A stretch of 63,990 nt of DNA, counting the filler. It is 9 parts of 9 records of this genome, joined end to end, with 100 filler letters (N's around TTAATTAATTAA, not from the genome) between each part and the next. Parts side by side here need not be neighbours in the genome. Positions count along the whole stretch, not along the records: positions 21,093 to 32,324 come from SRR31147125_59129; positions 32,425 to 40,524 come from SRR31147125_59130; positions 40,625 to 47,584 come from SRR31147125_59170; 6 more parts are not named here. One strand, 5' to 3'. Positions within the stretch are counted from its first letter, which is position 1. Each line of letters starts with the position of its first letter. Both the position numbers and the translations under genes were made by a program. Below the pieces are notes generated by a model that did no database searches, was not told where the DNA came from, and worked only from the letters and a program-made list of their open reading frames with translations. Of the stretch, positions 30,163 to 41,421 are shown piece after piece.

Positions 30163-31186
30163 ACCAGATGTCCGGAAAATCCTGATAATTCAAACCGCTT
30201 TTATCGGTGATGTCATCCTGATGACACCTCTCATTTCGGCTGCAAAAGTAGCATTTCCATTTGCTGGCATAGATGTGCTGGTCATACCTGCAGCTGTTAA
30301 TATTTTAGAGACGAATCCGGACGTTAAAAACATTATTGTCTATGATAAGCATGGTAAAAACAAAGGATTACCTGGTTTTTTTAAAAAATTTAAAGAGATT
30401 CGCAAAAACAACTATAATCTTATTCTTGTACCGCATCGGTCTTTGAGAAGTGCACTATTGACACGGTTTTCAGGAGCTTCTTTAACAGTTGGCTTTCATA
30501 ATAGTGCAGGTGCTTTTTTGTACCGAAAAAAAGTTCAATACCTTCAAGACAGTCATGAAGTACAAAGGAATTTATCTCTTTTAAAAGCTGTCACCATTAA
30601 CGTGGAGGACAAATCACCTCAAATCCATCCTGATAAGGTTGATCGAACTACTGTTGATAACATATTTGATAATTATAACCATGTCAACAAAGATCACATA
30701 GTTGCCATAGCTCCTGGCTCGGTGTGGGCAACGAAAAGATGGCCAAAAGATTCGTTCAAAGAGCTAGCGGAATCTCTGGTAAAAAGTAATTACCTGGTAT
30801 TTCTTATTGGCGGCACATCAGATTGGGAATTATGCGAGTATATTGCGCAAAATCCAGATGATCACATCGTCAATCTTGCCGGCACGCTGAGTATCAGGCA
30901 ATCAGCTGAATTATTACAGCGATGTTCCTGTTTAATTTCTAATGACAGCGCGCCAGTCCATCTGGCATCAGCTGTAAAAATACCAGTGATTGCAATCTTT
31001 GGCCCAACTATAGCAGGATTTGGGTTTACACCTTATAAAACTCGCTTTAAAATTATTGAAGTAGATCTATCATGCAGACCGTGTGGTATTCATGGCGGAC
31101 ATACCTGCCCCATAGGTACTCATGAATGTATGAAAAATATTTCACCAAAATTCATATTTGAATCAATAAAAAATGTAAAGACATAG
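30146..31186 (+). CDS. waaF: GT9 LPS heptosyltransferase II
   Basis: FIGDVIL, APGSVWATKRWP and SNDSAPVHLASA...IFGPT motifs. Confidence 0.85.
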   Translation: MKNVTEPDVRKILIIQTAFIGDVILMTPLISAAKVAFPFAGIDVLVIPAAVNILETNPDVKNIIVYDKHGKNKGLPGFFKKFKEIRKNNYNLILVPHRSLRSALLTRFSGASLTVGFHNSAGAFLYRKKVQYLQDSHEVQRNLSLLKAVTINVEDKSPQIHPDKVDRTTVDNIFDNYNHVNKDHIVAIAPGSVWATKRWPKDSFKELAESLVKSNYLVFLIGGTSDWELCEYIAQNPDDHIVNLAGTLSIRQSAELLQRCSCLISNDSAPVHLASAVKIPVIAIFGPTIAGFGFTPYKTRFKIIEVDLSCRPCGIHGGHTCPIGTHECMKNISPKFIFESIKNVKT

Positions 31187-31834
31187 ATGAATAAACTATT
31201 AAAAATAGATCCTACGCATCCGGAAACAGATCCTATCAGTAAAGTCGCACGAATTCTCGATTCTGGCGGGGTCATTAGCTACCCGACTGAGACCGTTTAT
31301 GGCATTGGTTGCAGCGCATTCAATGCTGATGCGGTTAATCGTATCTACGATCTGAAACAAAGGGATAAAAGCAAGGCATTGATATTAATCGCTGCCGATG
31401 TTATACAAGTAAGTGAATTAGTCGAGAACATCCCACCTGCCGCTGAATTATTAATTGATAATTTTTGGCCGGGACCATTAACAATCGTATTTAACGCATC
31501 GCAGAGACTACAAGAATTTGCCTTTCGCAAATCAAAAACAATCGCTGTCCGAATTCCTGACAGCACAATTTCTCTGGCGATGCTCAAATCTTGTGGATTT
31601 CCCATCGTTTCAACCAGCGCCAATCGCAGTGGCGAGTCAGAGACGACAAATGCTCAGGATGTCTTGAAAATATTTGGCGATGAACTGGATTTAATTATAG
31701 ATGGCGGCGAGACACCCGCACAAATGCCATCGACTGTTGTTGACATCACCAGATCTCCCGTAAAAATAATAAGAGAAGGAGCCATTTCATCTCTTGAAAT
31801 AAATACTGTTTTGGAAATACATGGCGAATTATGA
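31187..31834 (+). CDS. tsaC: Threonylcarbamoyl-AMP synthase (YrdC/Sua5)
   Basis: PTETVYG, KQR, WPGPLT and STSANRSG motifs. Confidence 0.93.
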   Translation: MNKLLKIDPTHPETDPISKVARILDSGGVISYPTETVYGIGCSAFNADAVNRIYDLKQRDKSKALILIAADVIQVSELVENIPPAAELLIDNFWPGPLTIVFNASQRLQEFAFRKSKTIAVRIPDSTISLAMLKSCGFPIVSTSANRSGESETTNAQDVLKIFGDELDLIIDGGETPAQMPSTVVDITRSPVKIIREGAISSLEINTVLEIHGEL

Positions 31835-32324
31835 AAAATCGTTTTCAAATTTTATTTGTGTGTTCCGGCAATATTTGTCGCAGTCCAATGGCCGAAGGCA
31901 TTTTAAGATCAAAACTTCCGGATCATCTCAAATCCAGGGTGCAGATTCTTTCTGCCGGCACACTTGGAATTCATGGAAGTTTTGCCTCCCCTGAAGCAAT
32001 CCAGGTTTCAAAAGAAATAGGCGTCGATATCCGTTACCATTCATCTCAAGGTATTTCGACACAAATAATAAAAAAATCACATATTATTTTTGCCATGGCT
32101 GAGGACCACCTTTCCTTTTTAAAAGCTCAATTCCCGGAAAAAGCAGGTGACATTTATTTACTCAAGGCCTTTGATGCAGATGAAAACCAACTGGAATCTC
32201 TTTCCATTGATGATCCTATTGGAATGAACCTCACGTTTTATCGTCAATGCGTAACAACTATTGCAAATGAAATAGATCGACTATTACCGAAATTAGTCCA
32301 GCTTGTTGAGTCTTACTATGAAAA
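31831..32324 (+). CDS. Low-molecular-weight protein Tyr/Arg phosphatase (YwlE-like)
   Basis: FVCSGNICRSPMAE and IDDP motifs. Confidence 0.93.
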
Positions 32325-32658
32325 NNNNNNNNNNNNNNNNNNNNNNNNNNNNNNNNNNNNNNNNNNNNTTAATTAATTAANNNNNNNNNNNNNNNNNNNN
32401 NNNNNNNNNNNNNNNNNNNNNNNNTCGTATCGGGAATCCAGGGGGCAGGGGGTTATTTATCACCCATTTTTATAAAATCACTGTGCTAACCGTTCAAGCA
32501 TTTATTTTATTTTGAACAAAAATAAAAAGTCTTTTGTAAAAACTGTAATAATTCTTATAATAAAGCGCTCACCTTTGAGTGTCATTTTCAGTTCCTGTAA
32601 AAACTAAGCAGCTCAGAAATATAGAGTGTAAACCAACCGACTATACAGGGAGGACGTG

Positions 32659-34118
32659 ATGCCACCATCTCGACGGGCATTTATAAAAAAATGGGATTGT
32701 CTGCAATTGCAAGTGCTTCTTTTAATCCCTCATCGGGTAAAGCAGATGAGAACACGATCACATATCAGCAACAGATTCCATTACAGGAAACGTATGATGT
32801 CATTGTCTGTGGCGGCGGGCCAGCTGGTCTGGCCGCGGCCCTGGCAGCGCGCCGGGAGGGATTACGGGTGATGATTCTTGAGTCACAGGGACAGCTTGGA
32901 GGCATGTCCACATCCGGACTCGTATCCCATTGGCTGGGAGGCAGATCCAGTGATTGTCAGACCTGGGTGGTTGGTGGACTATTCAAAACATTATCTATGG
33001 AAGCGGCAGAGCACGGCTTTGCGCTTGTTCCGAAGCAGGAGCCGGACAATCGACTTTCTCCACATGGATGGGGAAGAGGTCAATTAACTGCAGGTATCCC
33101 GCTTGATCCCTATGGTCTTTCCTGGTTATTGGATCAAAAGATAAAGCAGGCGGGCGTTGATATGTTATTGCATACAAATGCCATCGATGTCCGAATTGAA
33201 AACAACCACATAACCCATGTGATTGCTTTTAATAAATGCGGTTTGTTGGCCTTTCCAGCCCGGGCGGTTATTGATGCCACCGGTGATGCGGATATAGCCT
33301 TTCGCAGTGACTGCGATACCATCAAAGGCCGTAAAGAAGATGGTTTGATGACTCCTGTAACGCTTGAATTTCATGTGTATAATGTCGATCAGCAGAAATT
33401 TTCGGATTATATTCACAAATATAATGCCCATCGGTTTTTAAAAGAGATCAAACAGTGGACAGAGCAGGGGATCTGGACGTTTTCCTATAACCGATTTATT
33501 ACAGTACAGTTGATAGAAGAAGGGTCCTTTATGGTCAATACACCACGTCTCACTGGTATTGATGGAACGGACGGATATTCGAAATCTGAAGGTATGATAC
33601 GCGGTAGAGAAGAAATCTATCAACTATTGGAAATTATGCGGAATTTTATACCGGGATTTAAAGACGTTAAATTAAAAGCGATCGCGCCTTTATTGGGCGT
33701 GCGGGAAACTCGCCGTATTCAGGGTGATTTTACACTTAAGGTGAGTGATCTTGTGCAGGGTAAAAAGTTCAGGGATACAATTGGTTATACGGCTTATGGC
33801 TGGGATCTGCCGGATCCGAAAAGTCCAAGTTATCAGCCGATGCATGAAAAGAAAATCAAAAAGCCGGAATTTACTCCCATACCCTATGGTGTGATGGTGC
33901 CCACACCTGTGAAAAATCTCATCTGTCCGGGGCGTGCTGTGTGCGTTGAACGACATGTCTTAGGTCCCATTCGTGTGATGGCTCCGTGTATGGCCATGGG
34001 GGAAGCAGCGGGTACAGCCGCAGAACAGGTAGTGCGAAACGGGATTCCGTTTAAACAAGTGGATACCAGACAATTACGCGATACACTGGAACAACATGGC
34101 GCTATTGTAGAGATTTAG
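32659..34118 (+). CDS. Tat-exported FAD-dependent oxidoreductase (FAD_oxidored family); -1 A at 32684-32691
   Basis: RBS GGGAGG then MPPSRRAFIKK, continuing as MGLSAIA; YDVIVCGGGPAG, IDATGDAD and RETRRI motifs. Confidence 0.85.
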
Positions 34119-34273
34119 ATCTTAAAAAAAACAACAAACCTTCGTGCCACCAGGGATAAAAAGAGAATGATTTTTAAGCGAATGTGGTATGGAACAATAC
34201 TGTTTTTTATGAAAAAAAGTGTATATTCCCGGCAAGGGAGAAAAATACAATAAATTAATCTGGGAACATATTT

Positions 34274-37090
34274 TTGAAAAAAATGAGAATTGGTCAGCGT
34301 TGGATCAGCGAAATGGAACCGGAACTTGGACTCGGGATTGTCACGTTTGTTGATAATCGCCTTGTTGGCATCCATTTTCCGGCCAGTGATTGTGAACTGA
34401 AATACGCTATTTCATCGGCTCCCTTAAAAAGAGTGGAGTTTAAGGTGGGTGATTCTATTCAATCCCGCAAGGGGGATGCTTTTACCATTTTATCCACCTC
34501 CATAGAGGACGGCACAATTGTATACCACGGTGAAGATATTGATTTGCCTGAAAGTGAGCTAAATGACTCGATCAGTTTTACGACACCACAAGATCGTCTG
34601 ATGAATGGTTTTATCGACAATCTAAAGAATTTTAATACGCGATATCATTCCCTGTTATTTCAACACCGGATTCGTAAATCCCGAATCCGCGGATTTATTG
34701 GTGGCCGGATATCTTTGATCGATCATCAGCTATATGTTGCACATGAAATAGATTCCCGACATATACCGCGAGTACTCTTGTCGGATGAGACAGGGTTGGG
34801 CAAAACCATTGAAGTATGTCTTGTTTTGCACCGCCTGCTGATCAATGGCAGAATAAACAGAGCTTTGATACTCGTGCCGCATTCACTGGTGCATCAATGG
34901 TTCGTAGAGTTGTTACGTCGTTTTAATCTTGTTTTTCGCATTTTTGATCATGATTATTGTGAATCCATAACAGAATCAGATCCGGGTGCGAATCCGTTTC
35001 TGGACGATCAGTTGGGATTATGCAGCATCGATTTTTTAACCTCTCACGAGAAATGGAAGACCCGGGCCATTGCTGCCGGATGGGATATGCTGGTCATTGA
35101 TGAGGCCCACCATTTGACTGAGGAAAGTCATGCTTATAAACTGGCCAAAGAATTAAGTGCTGTTTCCACAGGACTGATGTTGTTGACAGCCACTCCGGAG
35201 CAGCTGGGCCACCAAAGTCATTTTGCCCGGCTTCAACTACTTGATCCGGCCAGATATTATGATTTTGATCTTTTTGAGCAGGAAGCAGAGCAATACCAAA
35301 ATCTGACCAGTGTTGCAAATAAACTTTTAGAAGGTGGCACACTTGACAAAAAAGAAGCAGCAAAACTGACTGGCCTGTCATCGGCACCTCTCGCGGATAT
35401 TGGGAAAAAGGAAATAAGGACTCTGGAAAATAATGGAAACACCCAGGATCCTTTTATTAAAGATCTTCTTGACCGGTATGGTACCGGGCGTGCCATTTTT
35501 CGTAATACCCGGGCCGGTATGAGCGGTTTCCCGGAAAGGCGTGCTTTATTACTGCCTTTGGAGGGTCAGGATGAAGATGTAAAGAATCAAACCATAGAAT
35601 TTAAAACAGATCTGAGCGGAAAAAAGCCGGAATTGAACTATAATTATTTACAGGATCCGCGAATTCTGTGGTTGAGCCAGTTCCTGAAAAAGAACAAAAA
35701 AATAAAAGTGTTACTGATCTGTCGTTCTATTAAAAAAGTACAGGCAATAGAGGGTGCCCTGAGAAAAAAGATAAAGGTCCATATCGCACTTTTTCATGAA
35801 GAACTCAGCCTTTTACAACGGGATCGAAACGCAGCCTGGTTTGCCAATGATAAAGGCGCACAAATACTTATATGTTCTGAGATTGGCAGTGAAGGGCGTA
35901 ATTTCCAATTTGCCCATCACCTGGTTTTGTTTGATATCCCTTTAAATCCCGAGCTTTTAGAGCAACGGATTGGCCGGCTTGACAGGATTGGCCAAAAAGA
36001 GACTATACACATTCATGTTCCATATCTGATTGGCAGTGAATATGATCTTTTGGCCCGATGGTATCATCATGGATTGAACGCATTTGAGAAAAATGTATCC
36101 GGAGTGTACCAGATTTATCAGCAACTGGGTGCTCAGGTTAAAGAATGTATTTTATCCAGAGATTCGGTTTTAATGGCAAACATAATTAAAAAGACACAAC
36201 AGTTGTGTGTTGAAACCGGCCGCAAACTGAATAAGGGCCGGGACCGTCTTTTGGAGCTAAACTCATTTCAACCTCGGATAGCTGAAAATTTGAAACAGCA
36301 GATAAATGCTGTTGATGATGAGAGAATTCTAGAAAAATTTATGTTAGATATTTTTCATATTTATGGAATACGTACGGATTACGTTTCAGAACAAACTTAT
36401 AAGGTGAATCTTTTATTGTTAGTGAGTCCGGAATTTCCCCTGCCCCCATTAAAACAGGAAGAATTTATTGTGACATTTGACAGAGAAATAGCAATCGGAC
36501 ATGAAGATATTGAATTTTTGAGTTGGGACCATCCCATGGTTATTGGTGTTCTGGAATTCATTCTTGGCTCTGAAAAAGGCAATTGTACAGCAGCAATATG
36601 GTCAGATCCAGAGAAGCAGGAGATTCTGCTGGAAGCTGTTTACCTGCTGGAGTGTGTGGCACCAAAGAGTTTATATGTGGATCGGTTTTTACCGCCAACA
36701 CCCATTCGTGTTGTTGTCAATCATGCATTGCAGGATTGTAGTGAATTGTATTCTGACGAGCTGTTTGCCCGTTGCCTTAAAACTGATTACAAAATCAGTC
36801 TGCTGGATAATCCACAGGTTAAAAAGGAGTTATTTCCAGAGATGCTAAGGACTTGTAACGAGTTGGCAACAAAAGATATACCAGATCTTGTTAAAAGCGG
36901 ATTGTCTGATATGGAAACCAGACTCAACGGAGAGGTGTCCCGGTTGCAGGAACTACAAAAAGTGAACAAAAACATTCGGGAAGAAGAAATACAGAGTTGT
37001 AAAGATGAAATAGGACTGCTTGGAAAAACGATCAATTCTTCCAGGCTGCGGTTAGATTCATTGCGATTTATTACCAGGGGAGACGTTTAA
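34274..37090 (+). CDS. rapA: RNA polymerase-associated SWI2/SNF2 ATPase RapA
   Basis: GQRWISEMEPELGLG, DETGLGKT, DEAHH, SEIGSEGRNFQF and EQRIGRLDRIGQ motifs. Confidence 0.95.
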   Translation: MKKMRIGQRWISEMEPELGLGIVTFVDNRLVGIHFPASDCELKYAISSAPLKRVEFKVGDSIQSRKGDAFTILSTSIEDGTIVYHGEDIDLPESELNDSISFTTPQDRLMNGFIDNLKNFNTRYHSLLFQHRIRKSRIRGFIGGRISLIDHQLYVAHEIDSRHIPRVLLSDETGLGKTIEVCLVLHRLLINGRINRALILVPHSLVHQWFVELLRRFNLVFRIFDHDYCESITESDPGANPFLDDQLGLCSIDFLTSHEKWKTRAIAAGWDMLVIDEAHHLTEESHAYKLAKELSAVSTGLMLLTATPEQLGHQSHFARLQLLDPARYYDFDLFEQEAEQYQNLTSVANKLLEGGTLDKKEAAKLTGLSSAPLADIGKKEIRTLENNGNTQDPFIKDLLDRYGTGRAIFRNTRAGMSGFPERRALLLPLEGQDEDVKNQTIEFKTDLSGKKPELNYNYLQDPRILWLSQFLKKNKKIKVLLICRSIKKVQAIEGALRKKIKVHIALFHEELSLLQRDRNAAWFANDKGAQILICSEIGSEGRNFQFAHHLVLFDIPLNPELLEQRIGRLDRIGQKETIHIHVPYLIGSEYDLLARWYHHGLNAFEKNVSGVYQIYQQLGAQVKECILSRDSVLMANIIKKTQQLCVETGRKLNKGRDRLLELNSFQPRIAENLKQQINAVDDERILEKFMLDIFHIYGIRTDYVSEQTYKVNLLLLVSPEFPLPPLKQEEFIVTFDREIAIGHEDIEFLSWDHPMVIGVLEFILGSEKGNCTAAIWSDPEKQEILLEAVYLLECVAPKSLYVDRFLPPTPIRVVVNHALQDCSELYSDELFARCLKTDYKISLLDNPQVKKELFPEMLRTCNELATKDIPDLVKSGLSDMETRLNGEVSRLQELQKVNKNIREEEIQSCKDEIGLLGKTINSSRLRLDSLRFITRGDV

Positions 37091-37277
37091 AATGCCATTG
37101 GTATGAATAAACATCATGATACGAAAAAGATAAAAATAAATCATTTTTTATATCTTTTTCGATTGCTGGTGTAAAGGATGGTTAAAAAAGCGTTATTCAT
37201 TACGGTGTATAAAAAATAATTTTCCGTTCATAAAAAATAGTTCTATTCTTTTTAAGAAATAAACATTTGTTTTAACC

Positions 37278-38132
37278 ATGAAAGGTGTCATAATGATAAA
37301 GTATTTGCTCTCGTTGTTCCTGTTTTTATCAATCAGCTGTCTTTTCGCTGCGGACTGGAAGCTGGTATGGTCTGATGAGTTTAATTATGAAGGTCTTCCT
37401 GACAAGACGAAATGGACTTTTGAACACGGATTTGTGCGTAACCAGGAATTACAGTATTATACACAGACACGAAAAGAGAATGCCCGAGTGGAGAACGGCA
37501 AGTTGATTATAGAAGCACGGGAAGAAAAATATAAAAATCCCGGTTTTATAGAAAAGACTGATAAAAAGAATTGGCAAAAATCCCGTGAATATGCAGAGTT
37601 TACATCTGCCAGCGTCACAACAAAAGGAACGGCTGCCTGGAAATATGGCCGGATTGAGGTCAAAGCAAAACTACCGACAGGTCGTGGCATGTGGCCGGCG
37701 ATCTGGATGCTGGGAACCAATATCGATCGCATTGGCTGGCCAGCGTGCGGTGAGATCGATATTATGGAGAATGTTGGTTTTGATCCCGATAAAATTCATG
37801 CCAATATTCATACGGAAAAATATAATCATGTAAAAAAGACAAACAAGAAATCTAAAATTATTATCCCGAAACCTTATGATTCTTTTCATATTTACGCCAT
37901 AGAATGGAGTTCAGATCATATTGACTTTTTTGTTGATGACAATAAATACTTTACTTTTAAAAATGAGGGAACCGGTCATGAGGCCTGGCCGTTTGATAAA
38001 GAGCACTATCTCATTATGAACATCGCTATTGGCGGCAGTTGGGGCGGACAACAAGGGATCGATGCGAGCATGTTTCCGCAAAAAATGATTGTGGATTATG
38101 TTCGTGTATATCAGCAGGAGGTTCGTTACTGA
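37278..38132 (+). CDS. GH16 glycoside hydrolase (laminarinase-like), secreted
   Basis: WSDEF, WPAIWMLG, catalytic EIDIME and VDYVRVYQ motifs. Confidence 0.93.
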   Translation: MKGVIMIKYLLSLFLFLSISCLFAADWKLVWSDEFNYEGLPDKTKWTFEHGFVRNQELQYYTQTRKENARVENGKLIIEAREEKYKNPGFIEKTDKKNWQKSREYAEFTSASVTTKGTAAWKYGRIEVKAKLPTGRGMWPAIWMLGTNIDRIGWPACGEIDIMENVGFDPDKIHANIHTEKYNHVKKTNKKSKIIIPKPYDSFHIYAIEWSSDHIDFFVDDNKYFTFKNEGTGHEAWPFDKEHYLIMNIAIGGSWGGQQGIDASMFPQKMIVDYVRVYQQEVRY

Positions 38133-38256
38133 GAAAAATTATCTAATAAAAAGAGCATCATAATTATCAATCATAGATTTTGAAAACCAGCATGATATAT
38201 AGATTAATCGAATTTCGCAGTCGATCATGAATAAAAAAATTATGAGGGTTTTTACA

Positions 38257-39095
38257 ATGGATTTAGATAAAATCGCAAAAGAATTGATGCAAAAACACAA
38301 TTCCACTCCAATTGATGATTTTGATGGTTTTTGTCCGGATGAGATGTGTGATATATTGAATGAACCATTTTCCGAAAAATGCCCTATACAATTTGAGGAA
38401 AAAATAGGAGACACTATTTTAAAAGGAATACCTATCTTTAACATCGTCAGAGAATTTATGACAATGATGATCGAGAATGATGGTCTGGAATTAACACCGA
38501 AAGGCAACTTGAAGCTAAGAACGGTCAAAGGATTATATGATAAAAAATATATTGCTGATGAATTTCTTGAAAGTGGATATGTAAAGAGAATACATGAAGA
38601 TGACTGGAGGCTTTTACATACAGTGAGGGTTGTTCTGGATTTATCCGGAATGATTCGAAAACATAAGGGGAAATTAAAGGTCGTAAAAGAGATCAGAAAA
38701 TTGTACGACGATGGCGATTTTTCGAACATTTTTTTGAATTCTTTCATGCCTATACCACACAATTCAACTGGGCCTATAATGATCGCTATGAAAATGAACA
38801 AATTGGTCAGACCGGATTTTTATTTTTACTTTATTTGGTCAACAAATATGGTTTAGACTATCAGGATTTATCTTTTTATACGGAATGGTATATAAAAGCG
38901 TTTCCAGTTTTTAAACAAAAAGCACACGATGGAGTGAAATATACTCAGAATGAAAGTACTGTTTATATAAGATTTTTTGAACGGTTCGCAAGGTGGTTTG
39001 GCTTTGTGGATATAAGTATGGATAAGAATAAAGATTATTTACAAAGAGCTATAAAAATTAAAAAGACAAAATTACTGTCTGCAATAATGAAATGA
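38257..39095 (+). CDS. Conserved hypothetical protein, split by an indel in the T-run near 38729-38735
   Basis: LELTPKGNL motif; the shifted frame HAYTTQFNWAYNDRYENEQIGQTGFLFLLYLVNKYG joins the ORF at 38835. Confidence 0.7.
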
Positions 39096-39189
39096 ATGTT
39101 GTACGCTTGTACTATTAGAGCATGCTGGATTTTTTTGACTATTTTATAAAATATATTTTTTTTGTGCTTATCATTTGACTCGGGGTTAG

Positions 39190-39327
39190 TCATGAGACCT
39201 GGCCGCTTGATGAAGAGCATTATTTGATATTAAACATTGCTGTTGGCGATAGTGGGAGCGGACAACAAGGGATTGATGCGAGCATGTTTCCGCAAAAAAT
39301 GCTTGTGGATTTTGTTCGTGTATATCA
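39190..39327 (+). pseudogene. Diverged copy of the GH16 3' end (37976-38113)
   Basis: 138-nt gap-free alignment with 18 mismatches by hand count; no start codon. Confidence 0.85.
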
Positions 39328-39835
39328 AAAGATGAATAATCATCAAGTTTTGCGGGAAAATTTTGTGTTAAAAAGATAAGGTTTTAGATAAAGTTTGCCT
39401 TGATATGTTAAGACGCAATCTGTTTTTGTTAAATAACTTAAATTTTTTTTATGCATTTTAGTTGAAAACTTGTTATATTTAATACGCACCCAACGCTAAC
39501 CATCACATTTACCCCGCGAACGGATTCTCGTGCAACCAAAAGTGGACATGGCAGGGCTGTAAAAAGCAGATGAAATCACATGCAAGCTCGAAGATAATCC
39601 GGCTAACTTATTATTTCGAAATAGCCTCTGTCTCAGAATAGGATACGGGAAACAAATTCAGAGATACTTTTTTCTTTTTCCTTGTTGTCCTGTTGAAGAA
39701 GGCATTGCCTGACCGGGGTGGTGGTTTACATTTTCAGCAAAATGTGTTGTTCACGTTTCATTTAACTTAAAGTCGTAATATTAATGTTGAATTTGAATAA
39801 TTACAAGATCCGTATTTTAAAGAACATAGGTAAAT

Positions 39836-40524
39836 ATGTCAAAAAAATGTACTATAAATGATATTGCGAAACAGCTGGGTGTTTCAACCGCTTTGGTGTC
39901 TTTTGTGCTCAATGGAAAAAGTAAAGAAAAGAGAATTAGCGATGAAATGGCCAAAAAAGTTTTCAATGTGGCCAAAAATATGAATTACACACCCAATTAT
40001 CTCGCCAAAAGTCTGAGGCAGGGTAAATCTAATACTCTTGGGCTCATTGTCGCAGACATTTCAAATCTATTTTTTGCCACGCTTGCAAGGTATATTGAGA
40101 TTGAAGCGTCAAAATATGGATACAGAATTATTTTGAGCAACTCTGATGAAGAGCAGTCAAAATTTGCCACGCAATTGGATGTTTTAAAAAACGGACAAGT
40201 AGATGGTTTTATCCTCTGTCCGCCATTTGGAAGTGAAAAAGAACTTCTTAAACTGAAAATACAGAACATACCTTTTGTTATTGTTGACAGGCTATTCAAG
40301 GACGTTGTCGCACATTCGGTTATTAGTAATAATTACAAGGCCAGTTATAAAGCCACAGAACGTCTGATTCAAAATAATAGAAAAAGAATTGCCCTGTTGA
40401 ATCTTAATTATGAGCTAACAAATATGAGACAACGGGCAGAGGGATACTTTGATGCTTTATTGGATAATGGATTTGGAATAAATGAATCGATTGTAACGCA
40501 TCTTAGATTTTGTCATGAAAAAAA
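39836..40524 (+). CDS. LacI-family regulator (truncated)
   Basis: TINDIAKQLGVSTALVSFVLNG...YTPNYLAKSL. Confidence 0.93.
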
Positions 40525-40624
40525 NNNNNNNNNNNNNNNNNNNNNNNNNNNNNNNNNNNNNNNNNNNNTTAATTAATTAANNNNNNNNNNNNNNNNNNNN
40601 NNNNNNNNNNNNNNNNNNNNNNNN

Positions 40625-41158
40625 GCTTTGCATACCAGCCATAACCTCTGGTGCAGTATATCCCCTTGTGCCGGCAAGTACTGTATCACGAGTTGATTCT
40701 ATTTTATAATATCTTGCAATACCAAAGTCAATAAGATGGATATTTCCTTCTGGTGTAACAATTATATTCTCTGGCTTTAAATCTCTATATATAATAGGTT
40801 TTGGTTTTGCGTTATGTAAACCTTTTAAAGCTTTACATATTTTTGAAATAATAGTCTTTGATCTTTTAAATGATAGACATTCATTTTTCTTTATTTCATC
40901 ATATAAAGTTGTTCCGGGGGCAAAGTCACGAATCAAAATTGTCTTATCTTCATAATCAAAAATTTCATGAATTTTTGGAATGCCGTCAATATCCAAGTCT
41001 TTTATGGTGTTTAAAATTTCAATAGAGTCTTTTTTTAATTTAGGGAATATTTTTGCAATAAGCTCTGTATCAGCAAGTTTAATAAGATGAACTTCGCCTT
41101 CGCCGCCTGTGGACAAGTACTTTTTATATACATATCCTTTACTTTTTAGTATTTTCAA
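40625..41158 (-). CDS. Hanks-type Ser/Thr protein kinase (truncated)
   Basis: GGEGEV, IAK, YRDLKPENI, DFG and GTRGYTAPE motifs. Confidence 0.92.
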
Positions 41159-41421
41159 AACCCAAATTCTCCAATCTCGTCTTGTTTAACATTTTATTTC
41201 ACTCAAAAACAGGAAGTTTATTATCAAAATATAAATAATTACGGAATCGCGTTTGTTTTTAACTTAGCTATGGAATTTTTATGTATTAATTATATCATAG
41301 ATATTATAATAGTTAAAATATAGAAGCTAATTGATATTTGCATAAATACAAAATATAGTGATATAATAAGTCGGTAAAATGGACATTTGACCTTTAATAT
41401 ATGAAGGGAATACTATAGACA

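Noticed and set aside
38139-38801. 220-aa minus-strand ORF
   Set aside because: Antisense shadow of the plus-strand hypothetical gene, which has the protein-like sequence.
37976-39327. GH16 repeat pair as a diversity-generating retroelement TR/VR
   Set aside because: The mismatches are not adenine-specific in either direction (many C/T and G/T differences) and no reverse transcriptase is present.
39480-39740. GC-richer intergenic stretch upstream of LacI as a riboswitch or ncRNA
   Set aside because: No recognisable aptamer motif or convincing long stem by eye; an Rfam scan is needed.
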